From Antedon mediterranea (taxonomy: Eukaryota; Animalia; Echinodermata), in NCBI RefSeq assembly GCF_964355755.1, contig NC_092672.1, positions 36,896,437-36,960,436 of the forward strand: a DNA stretch of 64,000 nt, written 5' to 3'. Under the pieces are notes generated by a model, which searched no databases, was not told the origin of the DNA, and saw nothing but the letters and a program-made list of their open reading frames with translations. Positions 24,001-32,462 of the stretch are shown here, piece after piece (position 1 is the first letter of the stretch; each line of letters starts with the position of its first letter). The translations under genes were made by a program, and so were the position numbers.

Positions 24001-27000
24001 ATTAGGACACCAAGACCTACTGTAGCATACAAATATTTGTTGTCTATGATTTCCCGTTTTCATTATAAATATTAACGTCAATAGCGCCCTGGATTTATTT
24101 AGTCAAGCGGAACAGAAAGAGTTTTGTATTGTAGAGAAAAGATAAGGAAGTGAGAGCCAACTTACAATGCTTTTATTTGATTTATCTTTTGTTGCAGAGT
24201 AATTAGTTTGTTCATGCATGCAAGTTAAATGTTTAGTTGAAATTTATATTTCTGAATATTTCAAGCATTCTGAAATGCATTTCAGGTGGAAGTTGTTTCG
24301 GTTTTAGATTTTGTGTTTCATATGATATAATAATATATTGATAATTATATACATGCTTTATTTACGTAAGAGTATAACTATGTAATAGCTGTACCAGGAA
24401 GTGGTAGATACCAAATCACAATAATGATTCACAAATAGGAGATTAAAAGAGCTATTTTTATTTGGGCGGGTGTGTTAAGTCAATTTGTAGTGGGTTTGCC
24501 ATATTTCCACACTTGTTGTATAAAGAATATATACTTTTTAGTGAAGGTTTTCATCTCTGTCAATTGATTTAAAATAAAATAAATAATAATGAAATAATAA
24601 TAATATGCTTTATTTAAACACGAAAACTTGACTCATCAGTTGTCAGCAGTTGTTTTTCTGCCGTGTATAAACAAAAAGTTCACAAATAAAAATGAATAAA
24701 TAAATAGACTTATGCTTAAAACTGAGATATACATGAAATTTGTATGGAAATTGCTCTAAATTTAGGGGCTTTTAGAGAAATATTTATTTGAGTTTGAACC
24801 AAATTGTAGTGAGTTTTACATAATAGTACACAGATAATAGTAAAAAAACAGAAAGCTAAATGTTTGTGTTTTTAGGCTTATCACTAAAATAAGTCTAAAA
24901 TAAGTCTATGTTATATTGTATATTTTAATGAATGAATTAAGAGACGCTTACTATATAACTTTAAAATAAAATTTAATGACAAAAAAGATCGACGTTTCAG
25001 AACCATGTTCTTGAGAATGTTTCCATGATGGATTTAACGTTATATTTTAATGTTTTTGATTAATGTATCATTATCATCAATCTATCATCAATAATCTATC
25101 TTTTTTGTTTGACAGGAAGCGCATATGGTAATGGCCTCTCCTAATCTCCCATTCCATTTATACCATCAACATGGAAAGGTAATGAAAAACAATAGTGATT
25201 ATTGTTACTATTATATCATTTGTATTATTGTTACAGAACCATTCATATATTATTATTCATTATACATTAAATGTAATATTATGTAATCATTTTTAAATAC
25301 ACAAAAATTACTACATACACATCTCTAGGGCATGTGGCGCAGTGTGTGTGAGGGCGTGTGGCGCAGTGTGTTGGACGTTGGACTACCGATCGTCAGACCT
25401 AGGTTCGAATCCAACTCTCGCCGCATTGCTTGTATCCTTAGGCAAGATACTTTACTTACGTTGCCTCTCTCCACCCAGGTGTATAAATGGGTACCCAGTT
25501 AGATCTAGACACAACTTTGCACTGGTTACCGGCTGCATTATGGGAGTATGTTTCCATACGTGTCTGATCCCAAAAAATACTGGGGTAATAATCCTTGTAA
25601 AGTGCCTTTGAGCATGATTACTCATGAAAAGGGCGCTGTATAAATGTGGTATTATTATTATTATCTGGTAAACCTGAAGGATGTAATCAGGCATTTACAG
25701 CGGTTGGATACCTCAAGACGGTTTCGGTCTTCTAGTCGCATTTTGCCTGTTTTTTATGTTTTTAAATGTATTTTTTTACTGTATATTGATAAATAATTGT
25801 ATGTAGTTAAGTTCATACTGTATCATGTTATAGTGGCGCTGTTGCTTTTGGGGTCCCAGGACACGATGTCGAACAAATAAATAAAATGAAAAAACCTCAT
25901 CAAAATTGTGTTTTTTTGTAGACATATACACTACTAATGTCATCTGACTATGAAAGAATTGAGTGGAATGAAGCAATATCACGAGCCAAACGTGAATGTA
26001 CATTTACGCCGTCGTTAACTTCTTTCCATCTCGAGAAAATCATGGCAAAATGCAAAAGAGTAAGTGACAACTTTGTTACAAATAATAATAATAATGGTTG
26101 TCTTTTATAGCCTAATATAATGTTTTTAAGTGCTTTCCACACAAAAATGATCCATAAAATATCCTAAGATAACCAAAAAAATGATGATAGCTCACCGGAA
26201 CAAAATTCACAGGAGTGTGATTGAAAAAAGGCCGCATCTCTCTATATGTCTATACTGCTATATCTATAGAAGGGGTGAATCCGCAGATTAATTTTGCAAA
26301 TATTGTGGTGTATTTATCTCAATTAAATTGTACAAGTTTCAGCGTTTGCCTTCTTTTATGATTTTCATTGATAATTTTACAGGGAATATAATTTTTTAGA
26401 AGAAGTTTATTCAAAATGATCAAATTTAATTTATTTTTCATTGTAACAGAGCCGCAAAGTGAACGCAATAGGATCTTTTCTTCTAAAGGATGGTAAGAAA
26501 TATTAATGTTTTTGTAAATTTCCTGAATAAAACATGAAAAATATATATATTTTTTGTATACTGTATATTTGCTAAAGGTTTTATAACTGATTGTCATACT
26601 TTTCAAAATAGATGAAGAAAGTGTGAGTGGTATATTAAAAGTTATTGTGAAGAAAGCAACTGGTTTGACAGAGCCCAAAAGTAAGTATTGCAGTCTATCA
26701 ATACTCCTTCAAATGCTATATTTCATCTCGTAATACATGGTTATGAGATTATTGTTAGATAAGAGTCTACCGCACGGCGAATCAGCGAGCAGTTAGCGCT
26801 TTCTTTCTATTCAAGTTTACTCGTTTATAATCACTATTATTTAACTCTTGAGGGCAGAGTATAAAACTGACTCCAAATAAATAGAGACAAGCCATGATTC
26901 AATGTTTCGATCTTAATATTTAATCATCATCTTGAGGGCAGTATATTATTAATTTATCAATTCAGAATGAACTTAAGTTGATGAAAAATAATATTAATAT

Positions 27001-30000
27001 ATTTTGAAAACTGATTAAAGCAAAATTATTGACTTAAAACATTTTGTTTGCTAAGCATGTTTGGTAAATATGACATGTGTCGTGTTTGTTTTGTAGGTTT
27101 GTGTTGTGCCATAGAAGTTGACTCCTATGGGATGTACTCACTGATGGCTAGGACAAGTCCAATGGAAGCTAGTCTGGAACCTGAATGGGAAAAAGTAAGC
27201 ACCTCTTAAATATGACTGTTAGAGATATGATATTCTTTTTAGAAGCTCAATACCATATTTGGGGATATCACTACCATATTTGGGTACATCACACTTTTTT
27301 GATATTGTAAACAGAGCTTTGGAAATATGATTTTCTTATATATTATAGATATCGGCACAAAAACTATCTTACTATCCCCTCAACTAGCTGGGATTGGTTT
27401 TTATTTCTCAGCTATTTTGAGAAAAAGATGAAAATACAAAATTCAGAACAGATTCAAGACTACTAATGAACAAGGTTTATTTATGTTGTGTGTTTTTTTC
27501 CATAGGATTTTGACCTGGAAGTTGATGGAGCGCGCTCTATCAGGATAATCTGTTATGAAATAATCAATGGAAAATCAGAATTTTACGATAGAGGATTCAC
27601 CACGGTAAAAAAATGATTTAAAACAAAATTATCTTTTTAAAATAATTTATCAATTTCATTATTTTTTTGTAATAAAACTCTCCAATTATCTGTGTGTTTG
27701 TTACATTATACTATTAATTAATGAAAGGTAACTATAACATTTAATATTGTTCATGTTTCTGTAAACAACCACATTGACATAAACTGATTTATTTATATTT
27801 TAGTTACCAAAAGCAAAACAAATGAAGGATAAATCCGAAGATTTTGTCGTTAAGATGGAAAAGGTAATTATGTTATAAGATGTTGGTAGTGGAATAATGT
27901 AACCAAACCAAAGAGCCACCAGTTTTGTTGTTGTTAAATGTTGGTACAGGACGCTATAGGAAGAGGTTTGAAATAATAGATTGAAAATGTAGATGAGACT
28001 GAAGCAAAGACTAGATCATCAGTGTTTGTTTCAATCAAAAATTAAATTCCAAGATCCAGTAAGAACCATCAAATAGATGAAAATAAAAATATTTAAGAAT
28101 TAAATATTTTTACAATTTCAGATTGAGATTACAATATCAGCCAAATACACATGTGCAACAAAAACGTTGAAACGTGTCCAATCAAGGAAGAAACTTGGAG
28201 TGTTTGGTGTGCGCCTTCAACAAGTTGTGGCGCGTGAACAATTTGAAATACCACACATTGTCTCACTTTGTATACAAGAAGTAGAAGAAAGAGGTATGAC
28301 TATCATTTTCTTTTTTTCTATCTTTTAATCTTTGTCTACACTATCAAACTAAATGTAATTTGCCCAAATATGGTAGTGATATGATATCTTGTCCATATAT
28401 GGGCACATCACATAAAGTTTGATAGTTTAGATAGAACTTTATTTTGTATAGGCTTTGCTTTAGAAATAAATTTTGCCCTCACATAGATGTGATTGCAAAA
28501 ATCTTTAAATTTGTCAAAAGAAAAGTCTCATTTTAAGATTATGTAGTGGAATAAAGTTGTTTTTTTTTGTGTTCAGGTTTGGAAGAAACCGGTATCTATA
28601 GAATTTCTGGTTCATCAGGAGATGTGACGAAATTAAAGAACGCATTTGAGAACCGTAAGTAAGGTTAAATAACAAATCACAAATTGAACAGTATGATTGG
28701 TAAGGTTTTAACCTGACTACCACTACAAATTGAACAGTATGATTGGTAAGGTTTTAACCTGACTACCACTACAAATTGAACAGTATGATTGGTAAGGTTT
28801 TGACCTGACTACCACTACAAATTGAACAGTATGATTGGTAAGGTTTTAACCTGACTACCACTACAAATTGAACAGTATGATTGGTAAGGTTTTAACCTGA
28901 CTACCACTACAAATTGAACAGTATGATTGGTAAGGTTTTAACCTGACTACCACTACAAATTGAGCAGTATGATTGGTAAGGTTTTAACCTGACTACCACT
29001 ACAAATTGAGCAGTATGATTGGTAAGGTTTTAACCTGACTACCACTACAAATTGAACAGTATGATTGGTAAGGTTTTAACCTGACTACCACTACAAATTG
29101 AACAGTATGATTGGTAAGGTTTTAACCTGACTACCACTACAAATAGAACAGTATGATTGGTAAGGTTTTAACCTGAATACCACTACAAATTGAGCAGTAT
29201 GATTGGTAAGGTTTTAACCTGACTACCACTACAAATTGAGCAGTATGATTGGTAAGGTTTTAACCTGACTACCACTTTTTCACAGAGGCCTTTGACAGCC
29301 CAGTGTCTTATGTCTACACTATCTAACCTTTTTGACAAAAAAGTGTGATGTGCCCAAATTGGGTAGTGATATGCCCAAATATGGTAGTGATATGACATCA
29401 TCATGTCCATTATAGGCACATCACATTTTTTTGTCACATAAAGTTTGATAGTGTAGACAGATCTTTAGACAGAGATTGTTACCTTTGCTTGCAAAAACTG
29501 GGCTGATTTCTTGGTCACTAACCGTGGCTGAAGAATGGGGTTGAGGGAGGTGGAAGTGTTTTTCTTCCGAGCTTTGTTGATCTAATCAACTACTATACCA
29601 TAATAAATCTTATAAACCCACTTTTTACAGATCACAGAAGCTGTGAAAGCATAATGAAACAGACCGACATCCACGCTGTTGCCGGTCTCATGAAGCTGTA
29701 CTTCCGTGAACTTCCTGAACCTTTGTTTACGAACATTCTCTACACAAAACTTGTGGACGCTCTCAGTGAGTTTTGTTTTATTTTGTTTATATATTTAGGC
29801 AAATTGCCAAGGAGCGAATTCTTTCACTCTCCTTTCTTAAAAGTGGCAATCCTTTTCACAAGACAAACATAATACACAAGAGGCTCTACATAAATAAAGT
29901 CTTGTTACAAATTTGTAAATTTTCATTAGAAAAAATCCTGACATGACAGGACTTGAACCCAGGACCCTTGGATTGGCCACCAAGACAACTCCACTCAATA

Positions 30001-30769
30001 TTGTATTATTTCTAATCCTGACATGACAGGACTTGAACCCAGGACCCTTGGATTGGCCACCAAGACAACTCCACTTAATATTGTATTATTTCTAATTTTA
30101 GCTCTAACTGATCAAGAAACTAAATCGAGTACAATGAGGTCATTGGTTGATAAGTTACCTGAAGCAAATCGATCCACAGTCTTCGCCATTTTTAATCACA
30201 TCAAGAGGTAGGTTTTGATTTCAAAGTGAAGTCTTTCTGATAATAGTTATAATAGTGAGACATTTTAATTCGAACTAACAATTTCTGTACATAACAATTT
30301 TATAATTTTGATAATAAATGATTCTTCTTCAATGTCTTGTAAATGTGATGTTCTTTTCTGTTTAATCCTCTCAAATCTTAAGCTCTGTGTACAAACTTTA
30401 TGTGAAAACAAAATGAGATGTGCCCAAATATATGGACATGATGTTATATTACTACAGTACCATATTTGGGCACATCACACTTTTTTTGGCAAACAAGTTG
30501 GATAGTGTAGACAGAGCTGTAGAATATTATTTAAAAAAATTAATTGTGAAAAATATTAACAGCAACATTTTTTTCCCTCCAGAGTTTCAGAGAAGCAATC
30601 ATCCAACAAAATGTCTCTGCAGAACATGGCTACTGTGTTTGGACCGACTCTTCTTGGACCGGCACTCTCCAAATCAGCATCCAACGATCCTCTTCAATCA
30701 ATTGTAGGCATGTCTGATGTCATGTCACAAGTTGGTATCCTGTCGTACCTCCTAGAGCACTGTTATTAG
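2..30769 (+). CDS. BCR: BCR/ABR-like RhoGEF(DH)-PH-C2-RhoGAP protein, 5'-partial, 23 coding exons (about 987 aa in window)
   Basis: Phase-consistent GT/AG exons: <2-545, 6444-6613, 7616-7732, 9834-10019, 10465-10612, 13780-13832, 18920-19054, 19710-19825, 20251-20348, 23316-23413, 23726-23776, 25116-25178, 25922-26059, 26450-26492, 26612-26680, 27097-27194, 27506-27604, 27804-27863, 28122-28293, 28577-28654, 29631-29765, 30102-30207, 30583-30769 (TAG). The sum is 2964 nt and stays in frame. Motifs matching BCR/ABR: DH (RRIILGTVLDSEKNY, TSQPILS, LLYGPLARVTKMTLVINDLLKHTP), PH (LLKESYLVE..RRLRHVLLWND, YECKWCIPLT, SSDYERIEW), C2 (CAIEVDSYG) and RhoGAP (GVFGV, GIYRISG arginine finger, KLYFRELPEPLF, NKMSLQNMATVFGPTLL). 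Probably the single invertebrate BCR/ABR co-orthologue. Confidence 0.93.
2512..2574 (+). CDS. Candidate cassette exon of BCR/ABR gene (63 nt, phase 1-1)
   Basis: ttcctgcctttcag|...tttg|gtaaat. Open in frame with both flanking exons (AKERTEGLRHRSKRNCGRFKF) and GC-richer than the surrounding intron. Confidence 0.4.
3802..3962. mobile_element. MITE family A (about 160 bp, TIR AAGCTCTGTCTACACTATCAAACT; PIF/Harbinger-like by TAA/TTA flanks)
   Basis: Terminal inverted repeats with internal CCAAATATGGTAGTGATATG repeats. At least 14 copies in the window. Confidence 0.85.
6290..6410. mobile_element. Small palindromic repeat with CTTGAGAATGG...CCGAAACGTT motif (Penelope-end-like)
   Basis: Inverted arms atgacaaaaa/tttttgtcat. 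A related copy lies at about 24938-25040. The motif resembles the minimal hammerhead-like ends of Penelope elements (inference). Confidence 0.4.
7438..7587. mobile_element. Short inverted-repeat element (MITE-like)
   Basis: tcatgaggaattttcccga ... tcaggaaatttcctcatga terminal inverted repeat, with further internal complementarity. Confidence 0.5.
10053..10182. mobile_element. MITE family A copy
   Basis: ctacactatcaaact...agtttgatagtgtagacagagctt. Starts 33 nt after exon 9834-10019. Confidence 0.85.
10636..10748. mobile_element. MITE family A copy (degenerate)
   Basis: ctctgtccacactatctaactagtttgaca...gacagagctt. Confidence 0.7.
11752..11897. mobile_element. Dispersed repeat family B (cacttaagtgagata...atttcccttaaattgtattcacttagatagg)
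   Basis: Related copies at about 15735-15845 (reverse), 18616-18748 and 55005-55117. Confidence 0.6.
11900..12051. mobile_element. MITE family A copy
   Basis: TIRs and internal ggtagtgatatg repeats. Abuts a family B copy. Confidence 0.85.
13519..13670. repeat. 60-bp tandem duplication within an interspersed repeat
   Basis: aatctct..caagccac..ttgtcaaaggcctctgtgaaaaagtggtcaggttga occurs twice. Its reverse complement recurs at about 29240-29306. Confidence 0.65.
14000..14740. mobile_element. Cluster of (TA)n-associated repeat copies carrying an internal tRNA-like gene, including an 82-bp-arm hairpin
   Basis: tRNA-like segments at 14116-14178 (-) and 14610-14671 (+). Inverted arms at 14234-14315 and 14350-14431. 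(TA)n runs at the junctions. Confidence 0.75.
15587..15728. mobile_element. MITE family A copy
   Basis: aagctctgtccacactatcaaact...agtttgatagtgtaga. Confidence 0.85.
16387..16497. mobile_element. Tc1/mariner(pogo)-like MITE remnant
   Basis: TA-CTGTA...TACGG-TA ends, with internal inverted gggtataagcccacccc / ggggtgggcttataccc. Confidence 0.45.
17085..18010. repeat. AT-rich tandem repeat, about 155-170 bp unit, about 6 copies
   Basis: atatctgtatacaaaaaatataat...tcttcttggtgctaaaaacaattacactatgacatatacatgtttatatt recurs. The last three copies are near-identical. Confidence 0.85.
19556..19653. mobile_element. MITE family A copy (internally deleted)
   Basis: aagctctgtccacactatcaaac...tcactaccatatttg. 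Confidence 0.7.
20085..20151. mobile_element. MITE family A copy (short)
   Basis: ctctgtctcaaactttatgtc...ctagtttgatagtgtagacagagctt. Confidence 0.65.
20832..21071. mobile_element. MITE family A copy with duplicated right half
   Basis: A full copy followed by a second catgatgtcatatcactacc...gtttgatggtgtggacagagctt. Confidence 0.8.
21445..21847 (-). mobile_element. Second copy of the tRNA-carrying repeat (tRNA-Asp/Glu-like cloverleaf at 21543-21615, minus strand)
   Basis: Reverse-complement match to 14433-14720. Acceptor stem GCCCCAG/TTGGGGC, A and B boxes, and TTTTT just downstream. Confidence 0.75.
22623..22703 (+). CDS. Candidate alternative cassette exon in the PH region of the BCR/ABR gene (81 nt, phase 1-1)
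   Basis: ctcatctttgattag|...caatcag|gtgaga. In frame, encoding (A)PCHFDVSSSLYSLMSLSTLATPIVQS. Confidence 0.6.
22740..22911. mobile_element. hAT-like MITE remnant
   Basis: TIR caggcccgtggccag / ctggctatgggcctg. No clear TSD. Confidence 0.45.
23823..23937. mobile_element. Palindromic MITE (TIR TAGTATAAAACTGACTCCAAATA)
   Basis: Perfect 23-bp terminal inverted repeat. A related half copy lies at about 26858-26935. Confidence 0.7.
25328..25663 (+). mobile_element. tRNA-derived SINE (Deu/Nin-domain type) with L2-like tail
   Basis: A box TGGCGCAGTG (duplicated) and B box GGTTCGAATCC. Central tccttaggcaagatacttt..gcctctctccacccaggtgtataaatgggtacc. Tail gtaaagtgcctttgag...aagggcgctgtataaat followed by (att)n. 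Confidence 0.85.
27240..27320. mobile_element. MITE family A fragment
   Basis: accatatttgg..atcactaccatatttgggtacatcac...acagagctt. Confidence 0.6.
28329..28440. mobile_element. MITE family A copy
   Basis: tgtctacactatcaaact...aaagtttgatagt. Starts 35 nt after exon 28122-28293. Confidence 0.75.
28680..29275. repeat. 46-bp minisatellite, about 13 copies
   Basis: Unit caaattgaacagtatgattggtaaggttttaacctgactaccacta, with nearly identical copies. Confidence 0.95.
29311..29466. mobile_element. MITE family A copy
   Basis: Full-length with both TIRs. Confidence 0.85.
29934..30096. repeat. 80-bp tandem duplication containing a reverse tRNA B-box fragment
   Basis: aatcctgacatgacaggacttgaacccagg...ttgtattatttct occurs twice and ends just before the AG of exon 30102. 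Confidence 0.85.
30380..30519. mobile_element. MITE family A copy
   Basis: aagctctgtgtacaaact...gatagtgtagacagagct. Confidence 0.8.
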
Positions 30770-32054
30770 TGAAATATTGCTGTTATTGCGAAAAAACAGC
30801 AGAATTTAAAACATTCAACATATATTTATATATGAATGAACTGTAAGCTGATTTAATTTTAAGGAAAAATTATTGAAACAAAAATAATTAAAAAATGAAT
30901 TAAAATAAATTGGCTTTAATTAAAATAGATTATTTTGTAGATTGCTGCCCTCTGTAGTTGACTGATATATGTTTTCAGAATTCCTGTATACATTTAAAAT
31001 TACTTATCAGATTATTAAGGAGATAAATGACAGTTGACAAACCACAACTCCCTGGACAAACAACATTTGTATTAATATGTAAGATATATAAGAAAAATAA
31101 GTGTATATATTTATCTATTTTTCATAAAAATGACAAATTCTAATAACACGACAATCAGAAATAGTATCATGGAGGTATGTATACCTCTCCATAGAAATAA
31201 GTAATTCACACTACGGTTCTGTCTGTCTTAAGGGCATCATTTTGAAGGGAAATATGTACTTGACTACTAACCCTATTTTGGGACTCTACTATTAAATAGC
31301 AATATCTATCTGACACTATGGTAAACCTCTGTTTCTGGGAAATACTGTATATTGCACTCTTTGTTTTGGCCCTAAAAACAATATTTAAAATATTTTAACT
31401 TTTATAGTCTATTAAACTTTTCCTAATATTATAGTTTCTAAAAAACAATTTTATGATATTTAAATGTATCTTTCGTGTTGCCATTATTTTCTTTCTCTTG
31501 GGCTACCATTAATACAATATAAACATACAACATTTAAATATTAAGACAAATATTAAATGTATATAAAAGACATAAATGACAGTAAATAAGAATAATTACT
31601 ACACAGATGTTGTTATATAGACATGCATTAGGATATAGATAAGGGGAATATAATATATTTTATTGAATTAGTTTGTTTGTTACTGTTCTTTTGTTTAGTC
31701 GTCATTCCATGTATATATTTGTAGATAAGAAGAGATTGCAGTTGTATATATTAGATGTATTCAGATTTTTATCAGACTTTTTCTATAGACAAAAAAACAA
31801 ACATTTATTGGAAATCATAAATATGATAGCATTTATTTTTGAAAATAATTATTTTTATTTAATACATTTATTTAATAAATTTCAAATTAAGTGATATGAG
31901 TACTAACAAATCCAATGTATCGAATCTTTATGATTTTCTATCAATATTTATTTTATTTTCATAATTAAGAAATAGATGTTTAGGTACACAGATAATATAA
32001 CGTAAATTAAAATAAGTATATTTGTTAAGATGGATGGACCTGTATTGTTTAGTG

Positions 32055-32151
32055 TATAACCTGGGATTATTATAACCTGGGATTATTATAACCTGGGATT
32101 ATTATAACCTGGGATTATTATAACCAGGGATTATTATAACCAGGGATTATT
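32055..32151. repeat. 16-bp tandem repeat x6
   Basis: (tataacctgggattat)6. Confidence 0.9.
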
Positions 32152-32462
32152 TATTTTCTGTTGTTTTATTTTACCAGGGAGTTGTTAACAACTTCCTGAT
32201 TTTACTATTAAAAATGTGTTGATAACTGACATGTGCATTTATGACTATAATTGCTTAAACTGGTTTGTACAAATTTTCTTTTTATATTAAGCAAATAGTT
32301 TTGTTAATTCTGTTATTTTGTCATTAAATTATTATTATTATTGAAACATAACTGGATGTTACTTTAATTTACTTGGAATTAGTATGTTATTGTATTGTGC
32401 CAACTAGAGGCTGGCTTGCTACGGATGTTAATGTGCACATAAGTAACGCAGTAATTGTAGTA

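Noticed and set aside
28680-29275. CRISPR-like regular array (also 36263-36851 and 51619-52293)
   Set aside because: The units are head-to-tail with no unique spacers, there are no cas genes, and the context is eukaryotic. These are minisatellites.
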